From Oligoflexales bacterium (GTDB taxonomy: Bacteria; Bdellovibrionota_B; Oligoflexia; Oligoflexales; CAIYRB01), in contig JBGSUI010000075.1 in assembly GCA_041736175.1 (NCBI GenBank), positions 1 through 64,000 on the forward strand: a stretch of DNA of 64,000 bases, read 5' to 3'. The position numbers and the translations under genes were made by a program. The notes under the pieces are model-generated. The model made no database searches, had not been told where the DNA came from, and saw only the letters and a program-made list of their open reading frames with translations. Of this stretch, positions 1 to 8,988 are shown in pieces. Positions within the stretch are counted from its first letter, which is position 1; every line of letters starts with the position of its first letter.

Positions 1-348
1 CAGGGTGTCATGTATGTGCTCCTTGAAAAAGGATTCTCCTAAAGTTTCCTGCTCCATTTTCACCAGGACATTGGCGATCATGCGCGTAGCCTGTTCGACA
101 TCTCCCTTGGCTGTTTGCGCGCCTTCTACATTGATATAGAGACCTTTATATTTGCCACTTTGGTTGAGGATTTTGCAGAGTTCGAGCAGGGTGGTGGTTT
201 TACCGCTTTGCCTGGGAGCATGGATCACAAAGTACTTTTTTTGGCCTATGAGCATCAGGATTTCGTCCAAATCGATTCTATGAGCGATTGGTATAGAATA
301 GTGGTCTTCTTCCTGAATGGGGCCTGCGGTATTAAAAAACTTAGTCAT
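1..348 (-). CDS. AAA-like P-loop ATPase, N-terminal part (runs off window edge)
   Basis: Absent from the ORF track. Manual translation from ATG 348 gives MTKFFNTAGPIQEEDHYSIP...KYFVIHAPRQSGKTTTLL, with Walker A (APRQSGKT) and an FFNTAGP N-terminus typical of this family; open to base 1. Confidence 0.85.
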   Translation of the reverse strand, partial: MTKFFNTAGPIQEEDHYSIPIAHRIDLDEILMLIGQKKYFVIHAPRQSGKTTTLLELCKILNQSGKYKGLYINVEGAQTAKGDVEQATRMIANVLVKMEQETLGESFFKEHIHDTL

Positions 349-565
349 ATGAGTCACTTAAATTTAAAAGCGGTTTATCATACTCCCCGCTTTTTTTGGA
401 GCCAGCGAGGGTTCACCGGACTTTAACCTATGTTGCTCTGATTGACCATGTCGAGACAAGATTTTCGCTAGACCCCTGGGTAGTTACACGGTAATTTCAA
501 GGCTGATTTAAAGGGAGGGCTAGACGCCCCGACTTTTCCGACCCACGAGGAGCTTAGACAGATCC

Positions 566-844
566 ATGGCCTATACCAAAATACTGGTGGATAACACGAC
601 CTGTTCAAGGCGATTTCACTTGACTTACGACAGCGCTGGCGAGGTGCTTCCTAGGGTTGAGATTCGCTGCCAGTTTTGCCAAGCCGTTATCTTTACTGAA
701 GAAAACCATCCTAAAGTCACACTCGCTCGGGAAGAAAATCTTGTAAAGACCGCATCTTTAAGCGAGCATTTAGTAAAAGAATGCGCCTTTGAAGATACCC
801 TCTCAAAAAAAACCTTTCCGCCAAAACACGAAGTTTCTAGGTAG
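566..844 (+). CDS. Small hypothetical protein, possible Zn-binding (CQFC plus two other Cys)
   Basis: 92-aa ORF with GAGGAG upstream; its stop directly abuts the ATG of the next gene. Confidence 0.6.
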   Translation: MAYTKILVDNTTCSRRFHLTYDSAGEVLPRVEIRCQFCQAVIFTEENHPKVTLAREENLVKTASLSEHLVKECAFEDTLSKKTFPPKHEVSR

Positions 845-1504
845 ATGATGGCCAAGCCCCATATCGTCATCGTCGACCCCGCTGTAAAGAGGGCTGAGAT
901 AGAGACTTTTAATCGCCTGGTCCATCACTCAGCGCTACCCTTAACCTATCACCTGCCTGCTCTTTTTGGCTGGGATAGTCTCGTAACCCAGGAACATGCC
1001 GCATCCATTAAAGGAATCATGATCCTAGGCAGTGGGAGCAGCGTCTGGGACAAGTTTGACTGGCAAGAGGCCCTTATCCATTGGCTAAAGCCATTGATGC
1101 TTAGGGGAGTCCCTACCTTAGGTCTTTGCTTTGGACACCAGCTGATCGCCCATATCTTTGGAGGGGAGATCGGCCCTGCCTTTCCCGACCAACACAAGGC
1201 GATTGGGCTGCGCGCAGTCACATTAAACACCTCTCGTCTATGGGGCACTGCAAGACAAGGCTCTTTAGTCGTCTCCCACCGAGAGGCGATCGTACGGATG
1301 CCGCCCTCTTTTAGGAATGTGGGGAGTTCGCCTGCGGTTAAAGCCGAAGCGATTGAGCATGATTCCTTGCCTATTTGGGGGTTTCAGCCCCATCCCGAGG
1401 CAGGAACTACTTTCCTAGCAGATCAGGCCATCTCTTTAACGACCCAAGATCTCAGATTTGGACATGCTCTGGTCGACGATTTTTTGCGAATCGCGGCCTC
1501 TTAA
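845..1504 (+). CDS. Class I glutamine amidotransferase (GMP synthase-like GATase)
   Basis: Nucleophile elbow GLCFGHQ and QPHPE supply the Cys-His-Glu triad. Confidence 0.9.
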   Translation: MMAKPHIVIVDPAVKRAEIETFNRLVHHSALPLTYHLPALFGWDSLVTQEHAASIKGIMILGSGSSVWDKFDWQEALIHWLKPLMLRGVPTLGLCFGHQLIAHIFGGEIGPAFPDQHKAIGLRAVTLNTSRLWGTARQGSLVVSHREAIVRMPPSFRNVGSSPAVKAEAIEHDSLPIWGFQPHPEAGTTFLADQAISLTTQDLRFGHALVDDFLRIAAS

Positions 1505-1603
1505 AAGAGTGCCAAGGCAACGCACTGTAGGCAAAAAAATCCTACCTTAAAAAATATATCCCAATGATATCAATATTTTGTTTAGATGACACCCAAGTGG
1601 GCC

Positions 1604-1630
1604 TAAAATTTATTGAACTTTGGTCGAAGA
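1604..1630 (+). promoter_or_regulatory. Putative sigma28 (FliA) promoter of flagellin
   Basis: TAAA-N15-GTCGAAGA versus consensus TAAA-N15-GCCGATAA, 55 nt upstream of the flagellin ATG. Confidence 0.7.
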
Positions 1631-1634
1631 GAAT

Positions 1635-1680
1635 AAGGACATCGCATGACGTGATGAACGTAAATTTTGACAGGAGGTCA
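1635..1680 (+). promoter_or_regulatory. Putative CsrA-binding GGA sites in the flagellin leader
   Basis: AAGGAC at 1635, and hairpin TGAC-AGGAG-GTCA (1668-1680) with the SD GGA in the loop. Confidence 0.5.
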
Positions 1681-1685
1681 CATCT

Positions 1686-2618
1686 ATGGGTTTGCGTATT
1701 CGTACAAATATTGCTTCTCTGAATGCTCAAAGGCGGTTAGGTATTTCGACAGAGGCCATGACCAATTCAGGAAGTAAACTCGCTTCTGGCGAGAGAATCA
1801 ACAAAGCAGCAGACGATGCTGCAGGACTTGCTATCTCTGAAAATTTGCGCGCTGACGTGAGATCACTCAATCAAGCACGACAGAATACTCAGGATGGTGT
1901 ATCCCTTGTTCAAACAGCAGAAGGTGGTTTAGTCGAGACCACAAACATGTTGATCCGTTTACGGGAACTTGCTGTTCAATCCGCAAGTGATACCGTTGGT
2001 AACACCGAGCGTGGTTTTATCGACAAGGAATACCAAGCTCTAAAATCTGAGATAGACCGGATTGCCAACTCCACCGAGTTTAACGGCACAAGGCTACTCG
2101 TCGGTAACCGCGAAATACCTGAAGACATGAAAGGACTAGAAAATCCTTTCCCTCTTGAGATCCAGGTGAGCAAGGATTACTACACCGAATCTGATAGTTT
2201 AGAAAATGCCAATCCCGTCAACATTATTCGCATCGATCTGGGCAATCTAAACGCCTTTTCCACTGGAGAAAATTCCCTACAGATCAATCAGTCCATTGCC
2301 GGAGAAGAAGTTCAGGGTGTTGACAACAAAAAAGGAGCCCAACTCTCCATTGGACGACTCGACCAGGCGCTTACGACGGTCAACGAGTACCGAGCTTACC
2401 TAGGTGCTATTCAGAATCGGATGCAATCGACCATCAATAACATTGGGGTCCAAATTGAAAACCTTGATGCTGCTCGAAGCCGCATTAAAGACACCGATTT
2501 TGCCTCTGAAACTGCTGAGTTTACCAAAATGCGGATCATGCAACAAGCTGGTACTTCGGTACTTGCCCAAGCCAATAGCCAACCGCAGATTGCTCTTGGA
2601 CTCTTGCAGAATCTGTAA
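1686..2618 (+). CDS. fliC: Flagellin
   Basis: N-terminal [13 protein letters not shown]...[21 protein letters not shown] and C-terminal [14 protein letters not shown]...[11 protein letters not shown]; short variable region. Confidence 0.97.
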   Translation: MGLRIRTNIASLNAQRRLGISTEAMTNSGSKLASGERINKAADDAAGLAISENLRADVRSLNQARQNTQDGVSLVQTAEGGLVETTNMLIRLRELAVQSASDTVGNTERGFIDKEYQALKSEIDRIANSTEFNGTRLLVGNREIPEDMKGLENPFPLEIQVSKDYYTESDSLENANPVNIIRIDLGNLNAFSTGENSLQINQSIAGEEVQGVDNKKGAQLSIGRLDQALTTVNEYRAYLGAIQNRMQSTINNIGVQIENLDAARSRIKDTDFASETAEFTKMRIMQQAGTSVLAQANSQPQIALGLLQNL

Positions 2619-2720
2619 ACTTTTCCTCTTTAGATTGAGTGCCATACTGTTTCTCTCCCACCACCTCAAGCGGACCTGGCGGACGAGGCTTTTTAGATGG
2701 ACATTTTTCCCTGTCGTATG

Positions 2721-2748
2721 CGCTGGGGATTTTTAATCCCCAGCGTTT
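2721..2748 (+). terminator. Probable intrinsic terminator after flagellin
   Basis: Perfect 11-bp stem CGCTGGGGATT-TTT-AATCCCCAGCG followed by a short T run. Confidence 0.55.
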
Positions 2749-2828
2749 CCAGTGAAAAAATCCTACTTAAAGACCCCAAATAATATTGGTCTTTCCTCTT
2801 TATGTTTAGATGTTTAACATTTTGACCT

Positions 2829-2855
2829 TAAGAGCCTCGCTGACATGGCCGATGG
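2829..2855 (+). promoter_or_regulatory. Putative sigma28 promoter
   Basis: TAAG-N15-GCCGATGG, 50 nt upstream of ATG 2906. Confidence 0.7.
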
Positions 2856-2905
2856 TTCTGATGTTCGTTGTAGAACACAGAAACCAATAGGAGGTTTATA
2901 AAATC

Positions 2906-4144
2906 ATGTCAGATGAAATCAAGGAAGTCTCCGTAGAATCTTATGGCTCGCGTATAATGAACTCTATCAAAGGAGTTGCCGTCGGGCTGGTCTTATTTTG
3001 TGCTAGCTTTGCCATTCTATGGTGGAACGAGGGTAATATCGTCGAAGAAAAAGCAGCGCTCAAAGAGATGCAATCACAACATATACCTGTGAAAGCACAG
3101 GAGCCCGATTCTAAAAACAACGGCAAACTCATCCACACCAGTGCTGCACTGAAATCCACCGACAAAATAGGGGATGGTCGCTATCTCAAACCAGGTCCTT
3201 GGCTTAAACTGGAAAGTAAAGTGGAGATGTACCAATGGACGGAGGAAAAGGATACCAAAACCGAAAAAAAAACAGGAGGCTCAAAAACAACAGAGACCAC
3301 ATACCGTTATAAGCTAGACTGGGCAGAAGGCCGGATCGATAGCTCTCAATTCAAAAAAACCTTAGGTCACGAAAATCCCAAGCTAGCTGTCGAGGCTAGC
3401 AAACATCAGGTAGAAAACGTTCAGTTCGGAAAATTCGATGGTCGCGAAGTCCTTGAAAGAATTTCTCCTAGCACCAAACTCAAACTCACGGAATCACAAC
3501 TCCTCAAACCTGATTCTGTTAAAATTGTCGATTCAAAGATATACATCCCGGTATCTCCTGGCCGCCAGAGTCCGCAGATTGGAGATGTAAGAATAAGCTA
3601 CAACATCCTCAATCCAGGTGACTATTCGGTTATGGCGACCCAAGTTAAATCCGACTCCAAATCTAATCCAAGCTTTCAAGAGTTTAGTGCCTCTAACGGC
3701 AAGACAAAATTCCTGATCGAAAAGGGCATCCTTACCCCGAAATCCATGCTCAAAAGCGCCGAAGACAGCGCAAAAACCATGACTATGATCTTAAGATTTG
3801 TTGGTTTTTTAGTGATGGCTTTTGGAATTGGATTAGTCTTAAATCCTTTTGCAACCTTGCTTGACGTACTCCCCATCTTTGGATCGTTGGGCCGCGGAGC
3901 GATTGGCATCTTTTCCGTAGTCGTTGCTGGGACACTCTCAACCATCACAATCATTGTCGCAATGATCGCCCACAATCCTCTCCTCCTTGCGGGAGCGACA
4001 ATACTGATCGTAGGCGGTATCGCTTTTTATATAAAGCAAAAATCATCCCGAGTTCATAGTCCTCAGCCCCAAGTCAACAAGCTCCCGAATTCACCTATTC
4101 AACCGGGAAAGGACGTGGATGCCAGCCGCAAAGAAGCAGCTTAA
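2906..4144 (+). CDS. TMEM43 (DUF1625) family membrane protein
   Basis: N-terminal TM ending LWWNEG, NNGKLIH, VEMYQWTE, PQIGDVRISY and three C-terminal TMs match the TMEM43/LUMA pattern. Confidence 0.85.
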   Translation: MSDEIKEVSVESYGSRIMNSIKGVAVGLVLFCASFAILWWNEGNIVEEKAALKEMQSQHIPVKAQEPDSKNNGKLIHTSAALKSTDKIGDGRYLKPGPWLKLESKVEMYQWTEEKDTKTEKKTGGSKTTETTYRYKLDWAEGRIDSSQFKKTLGHENPKLAVEASKHQVENVQFGKFDGREVLERISPSTKLKLTESQLLKPDSVKIVDSKIYIPVSPGRQSPQIGDVRISYNILNPGDYSVMATQVKSDSKSNPSFQEFSASNGKTKFLIEKGILTPKSMLKSAEDSAKTMTMILRFVGFLVMAFGIGLVLNPFATLLDVLPIFGSLGRGAIGIFSVVVAGTLSTITIIVAMIAHNPLLLAGATILIVGGIAFYIKQKSSRVHSPQPQVNKLPNSPIQPGKDVDASRKEAA

Positions 4145-4169
4145 TCCCATCATCGCGACCCCTAGGGAT

Positions 4170-4898
4170 TTATCCAATTCCAAATCGGACACAATCCTCT
4201 TGGGTATCGATATCCCACAAAGCCTGTGGGCAGGAAATTGTTTGTCGGGTAACTTTAGGGGTATTCCAAATTTTTTTGGCACCCTCATCATCTCCGAGCA
4301 AACCAAGATCCTCCCACAGGCGTGGGTTTATGATCACCGGCAGCCCTAGGTCTGGTCCGTAGTCGCAAACAACCACATCGTTACTTGGATAGCCAATGTA
4401 AAAGGTCTCTACGAGTTGGTTTAAAACCCTACTGTCCACGAAAAGCTGATCACAGCCCACAAAAAGAATCGACAACCCACGAAAGTCGAGTCGGTCTTTT
4501 GTCACGCTAAGTGATAGTGACATACAGCAAGCCACGGCTGCTTTGATACTGGTTCCAATTCCCCTTGAAAAATCTGGGTTAAAGATCTCAGTAAATCTAC
4601 ATCCAGCAATTGCTTGTACCACCTCCTGCCGATAGGCCCCCGTCACAACCAGTGTAGACCCCCTTGCAACTTGATTGGCTTCCCCTACCATTCGTCCAAT
4701 CAAGGTTTCTCCCTGCCACTTGAGGAGTTGTTTAGGTCGTCCTAACCGTGACGAGGTGCCAGCGGCAAGAACGACGATAAAAGTATGCTGACCTTCGTTA
4801 TCAATATCTCTCAATGATGACCTCAACGTAAGCTCACCTCTAGAAACAACCCAATCTAACTCTGTCGATGGGCAAATGCCAGCCATTTTTAAAATCAC
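4170..4898 (-). CDS. MocA/MobA-like nucleotidyltransferase (true start probably downstream of 4898)
   Basis: VLAAGTSSRLGRPKQLL, GCDQ, GDDEGAK and DIDT motifs. Confidence 0.85.
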   Translation of the reverse strand: MILKMAGICPSTELDWVVSRGELTLRSSLRDIDNEGQHTFIVVLAAGTSSRLGRPKQLLKWQGETLIGRMVGEANQVARGSTLVVTGAYRQEVVQAIAGCRFTEIFNPDFSRGIGTSIKAAVACCMSLSLSVTKDRLDFRGLSILFVGCDQLFVDSRVLNQLVETFYIGYPSNDVVVCDYGPDLGLPVIINPRLWEDLGLLGDDEGAKKIWNTPKVTRQTISCPQALWDIDTQEDCVRFGIG

Positions 4899-5061
4899 AG
4901 TTGGCGAAGGGATCTATAAATTTACTTTCGATATTAATAATAATTAATATTCTATTTACATCATAATAGATCAATCATTTTAGAAACTTTTTTTGTCTAT
5001 ATAAAATTTAGTTTGATTGAATTAAAAATAATCCGAAAAGGTAAGCAGGAGGATTTTAACC

Positions 5062-6747
5062 ATGGCCAATATCGTAAAACTCATTCGTCATAGCCGCTTT
5101 AATATACAACCTGAGCATCAGGTGCAATTAGTGATCACCATCCCCTCTGGAGGTACCAAATCGCTAGATTTGGTGAACTGCTCTCTCACAGGTCTAGGTG
5201 CCATCAGCCGTACGCCATTGGACCAAGAGGATGGCTTCACGGACGGAGCGATATTACCTCCCGCAAAGATCAAATGGGCCAACCATGAATGCTTTCTCGG
5301 TCGGCTGGTCTTACGGGCGACAACCTTACGAGCCCCGAATGAATACTACTGTGGATTTCAGACTATTGACTCCAAAGTACCGATCGATGGTCCCTTGAGC
5401 CGCGTTATCAAACCCGCCGATCTCAGCGAGGGGAATATTTATGATTTTGATTTGAATCCCGAAAAATTCACCTTAGCTTCGTTTCAAAATTCAGACCAAA
5501 CAAACATCGATCTCTTTGCTAAATGTCGCCAATTTGCCATCCTCCTTAAAAAATGGAGGGATTCCCCTAAGTACCAATACAAAACCGTAAGGACCCCTTC
5601 TAAAGGCGCTAGAGTCTCGATTGATCACCTCCGCAAAAACGGCCGATCAGACTACATCATAATGGGGTCTAATGACTACCTAGGACTAGCAAGTCATCCA
5701 GCGGTGATTGAATCCGCCAAAAAAGCTCTCGACCAATATGGATTTGGCTCTACAGGCTCACCTGTCACCACGGGATTGACCCAACTCCATGAAGAGTTAA
5801 CAGCGTATATTGCCCGCGTGTTTGGCAAGGAAAAAGCGATCCTTTACAATTCGGGCTATGGGGCCAATATAGGAATCCTGAGCGCCCTCACCGGTGAGCA
5901 GGATCTTATCGTGGCAGATATTCTTTCCCATGCATCGATCCATGACGGCATGCAGATGTCAAAGGCCACCAAACGCTTCTTCCGCCACAATGATCCAGAC
6001 AGCCTCGCAAAAATCCTAGATAAGGAGCGGCAAAATTTTGGGGGATGCCTGGTGGTCACCGAAGGTGTGTTTTCTATGGATGGAGATGTCCCCCCAGTAG
6101 ACAAACTTTTGAATATTGCCAACACTTACCAAGCGCGGTTTATGATCGACGAAGCCCATTCCTGGGGCGTGGTCGGGCCAGCGGGATTGGGCGCTGCGGC
6201 AAAATACAACCTTCTCAACCAAACCGATTTAGTCATGGGAACCTTTAGCAAAATATGCGGGACTATTGGTGGATTTGCAGCAGGAGATGCGCAGACCATT
6301 GAATGGCTTTACCATTTCTCACGTGCTCATGTCTTTAGCGTCGCCTTACCGCCTTCCACGGTGGCCGCGACGCTGACAGCTCTTAAAATTTTTTATGAGG
6401 ATCGGAGTCTCCTTGATCGACTCCATGCCAACATCAAACACTTTGTGCGAGGCTTACGGCACCTAGGTGCTCCCCTTGATGCCAACCATGAAAGCAGCGT
6501 GGTGCCAGTGGTGATCGGTGACGAAAAGATTTTAGGGGAGATGAACGCATCCTTAAGGGACGACGGAGTTTTTGTCGTGCCAGTGGTCTATCCTGCAGTA
6601 CCACGACTTGGATCAAGGTTTCGATTTACGGTTATGGCGACCCATTCCCTTTCCGATCTTGACTTGGTGCTCAGCGTTTTTGAAAAAGCCATGATCAAAT
6701 CAAAATTTTCATTTGCAAAAGAGTCTCTAAAAGAAAAAGCAGCATAA
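5062..6747 (+). CDS. PLP-dependent alpha-oxoamine synthase (SPT/AONS/KBL family) with N-terminal PilZ-like domain
   Basis: Core motifs GSNDYLGL, SHASIHDG, EGVFSMDGD, DEAHS, GTFSK (PLP Lys), YPAVP. The N-terminal extension has RHSR (aa 9-12) and NCSLTG (aa 39-44). Strong SD AGGAGG. Confidence 0.9.
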   Translation: MANIVKLIRHSRFNIQPEHQVQLVITIPSGGTKSLDLVNCSLTGLGAISRTPLDQEDGFTDGAILPPAKIKWANHECFLGRLVLRATTLRAPNEYYCGFQTIDSKVPIDGPLSRVIKPADLSEGNIYDFDLNPEKFTLASFQNSDQTNIDLFAKCRQFAILLKKWRDSPKYQYKTVRTPSKGARVSIDHLRKNGRSDYIIMGSNDYLGLASHPAVIESAKKALDQYGFGSTGSPVTTGLTQLHEELTAYIARVFGKEKAILYNSGYGANIGILSALTGEQDLIVADILSHASIHDGMQMSKATKRFFRHNDPDSLAKILDKERQNFGGCLVVTEGVFSMDGDVPPVDKLLNIANTYQARFMIDEAHSWGVVGPAGLGAAAKYNLLNQTDLVMGTFSKICGTIGGFAAGDAQTIEWLYHFSRAHVFSVALPPSTVAATLTALKIFYEDRSLLDRLHANIKHFVRGLRHLGAPLDANHESSVVPVVIGDEKILGEMNASLRDDGVFVVPVVYPAVPRLGSRFRFTVMATHSLSDLDLVLSVFEKAMIKSKFSFAKESLKEKAA

Positions 6748-6816
6748 GTAAGAAATAGGGAAAAAATAATTATTCCATACGAACAACCACAACAAAAATA
6801 AAGGCGAGTGTCTTTT

Positions 6817-8988
6817 ATGGAACACCAACCAAACTCAAAAAACCCACATCACTTTGATACTTTGATAAGTCGCATTAGCCAGCATGCAGCAACATCGCCT
6901 TGGCGCATCGCTATGCGCTATCTTTTGGATGGTGACAGGGAATCCCATGTTGTTTCCTTTGGTGACCTAGAGGCAAACGCCATCAACGTCGCTCATCAGC
7001 TCCTCCAAAAGGTCAATCCAGGAGACCGAGTCCTGCTGTTGTTCCCCCCTGGAATCGAGTTTCTCTATGGATTTTTAGGCTGCCTATACGCAGGGGTGAT
7101 TGCAATTCCTGCATACCCATCAACATCTGGGCGCCGCTCAAATAACGTCGACCTCATCAAGAAAAATGGCAATGCAAAACTAATCCTTACCAGCGAAAAA
7201 CAGCATGCTATGGAGTTGGACCTTGCGGCTAAAGACTCCGACGAAGTCCTTGTGATCTCGGAAAATCCCTCGGATCGCAGCTTGGCTGGGAGCAGGAGCA
7301 TACTCCCTAAAGTCTCCCGCGACGATATCGCTTTTCTCCAGTACACATCCGGCTCTACAAGCTCACCAAAAGGGGTCATCGTGACCCATGGCAATATCAT
7401 GGAAAACATGGACATGATTACGAATGGCTACCAAACAAGCGAAAAATCTCGATTTGTCAGCTGGCTGCCTGTTTTTCATGATATGGGGTTGATTGGGTGC
7501 ACCCTCCATCCGATTTATATTGGATGCGAAGTGGTCCAAATGCCTCCCGTAGCTTTCTTGGAAAAACCGATCCGGTGGCTTCAAGCGATCCATAAATACC
7601 GCGCCACGATCTCCGGTGCACCAAACTTCGCTTTTGATTATTGCCTCCGAAAAATCCGCGACGAAGATATCAAAGACTTAGATCTGTCTTCCTTGCAATT
7701 GCTGTTTAATGGCGCCGAACCAGTACGAGCGGATAGTCTCCGTAGGTTTTATGGACGTTTTGCAATCAACGGTTTGCACGAAAATGCTCTGCGACCCACC
7801 TATGGTCTCGCCGAAGCAACCCTTTTGGTTGCTGGTGGGCCATCGGGGAGCGAATGGGTCTCCCTTAAAATCGATAAGGCCGACATGGAGGCAGGAAAAG
7901 TCAGAGCGACTTCTGATGGGGACTATCGAGAATTCGTTGGGTGCGGCGAGGCTTCTTTACAAGAAGATCTATTGATCGTGGATCCAGACACCGAAACTGT
8001 ATGCCTACCGGACCAAGTCGGCGAGATCTGGCTTAAAGGCGCAAATATTGCCTCGGGCTATTGGCATAATCCTGAGATCACAGACCAAGTCTTTGGGGCA
8101 ACACCCAAGGCTCCGGCACCTTCCTTCGGACCCCAGGTATCTGATTCTGCCAGATACCTTCGAACCGGAGATTTAGGGTTTATCAAAGACTCGCAACTTT
8201 TTGTTTGTGGACGCATAAAGGACCTTATCATCGTTGGCGGGCGTAATATCTATCCCCAGGATATGGAAGCCGTCGCAGAAAAAGCAGTCAAGCTGATTAG
8301 ACCCGGTTCCTCTGCTGCCTTCTCTATTGATGGTGCTAAAGGTGAAGAAATCGTACTGATCGCAGAGTTAGATCGGTCTGCATTCAAAGGAGAAAAAGAA
8401 GCTACGCCCATTGCCCTTGCTGGTCATCTGGAAGAGCTGATGGCTGCTATCGGTAAAGAATTTTCGGTTTCCCTGGGAGCAGTCGTCCTAATCAAACCTG
8501 GTACCTTACCTAAGACGACCAGTGGCAAAGTGCAAAGAAGGGAGTCTCGACATAGATTTCTCCAAAAGACATTAGAACCTGTCTTTTCCTGGATTGCTCC
8601 CCGTTTAAAGGAGACTGCCCTCGAGCCTCAAGGGGCGATCGTGCCCCCTCGAAGTGAGGAACCATCGCCGAAAATTGCAGCAAAAACTATCCCACCTACT
8701 CCTGTACAATTCAAAACTACACCTACTGAAGACCTAACCAGTATAGAGACCAAGCTCCTTGACTGGCTTGCTACAAACCTCAACATCGACCGCTCTGATC
8801 TCGCTCCTGACAAAACCATGGTAAGCTTAGGTCTCGACTCGGTAGTGGCGGTAGAACTCCGCGTTTATGTTGAAAACTGGCTCAATTTGTCCGTGCCCGA
8901 AAGTGGTCCGTGGGACTATCCCACGGTACGTCAATTTGCGACCTTTTTAGCAGACTCATTGAATCAAAAGAGCATCAAAGCCAGTTAA
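6817..8988 (+). CDS. Fatty acyl-AMP ligase (FAAL) - acyl carrier protein didomain
   Basis: FLQYTSGSTSSPKGV, SWLPVFHDMGLIG, YGLAEATL, LRTGDLG, LPKTTSGK, a Pro-rich linker and a C-terminal ACP motif LGLDSVVAVEL. Start is ATG 6817 or GTG 6808. Confidence 0.93.
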   Translation: MEHQPNSKNPHHFDTLISRISQHAATSPWRIAMRYLLDGDRESHVVSFGDLEANAINVAHQLLQKVNPGDRVLLLFPPGIEFLYGFLGCLYAGVIAIPAYPSTSGRRSNNVDLIKKNGNAKLILTSEKQHAMELDLAAKDSDEVLVISENPSDRSLAGSRSILPKVSRDDIAFLQYTSGSTSSPKGVIVTHGNIMENMDMITNGYQTSEKSRFVSWLPVFHDMGLIGCTLHPIYIGCEVVQMPPVAFLEKPIRWLQAIHKYRATISGAPNFAFDYCLRKIRDEDIKDLDLSSLQLLFNGAEPVRADSLRRFYGRFAINGLHENALRPTYGLAEATLLVAGGPSGSEWVSLKIDKADMEAGKVRATSDGDYREFVGCGEASLQEDLLIVDPDTETVCLPDQVGEIWLKGANIASGYWHNPEITDQVFGATPKAPAPSFGPQVSDSARYLRTGDLGFIKDSQLFVCGRIKDLIIVGGRNIYPQDMEAVAEKAVKLIRPGSSAAFSIDGAKGEEIVLIAELDRSAFKGEKEATPIALAGHLEELMAAIGKEFSVSLGAVVLIKPGTLPKTTSGKVQRRESRHRFLQKTLEPVFSWIAPRLKETALEPQGAIVPPRSEEPSPKIAAKTIPPTPVQFKTTPTEDLTSIETKLLDWLATNLNIDRSDLAPDKTMVSLGLDSVVAVELRVYVENWLNLSVPESGPWDYPTVRQFATFLADSLNQKSIKAS

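Noticed and set aside
115..426. 103-aa + strand ORF
   Set aside because: Antisense shadow of the minus-strand ATPase, which has a clear Walker A motif.
4930..4950. Palindrome ATATTAAT-AATA-ATTAATAT resembling a Fur box (14/19 by eye)
   Set aside because: The region is extremely AT-rich, so such matches are expected by chance; no iron-related genes are adjacent.
5062..6747. Calling the gene bioF or spt
   Set aside because: Family motifs are shared across AOS enzymes. There is no biotin or ceramide gene context, and the substrate cannot be read from sequence.
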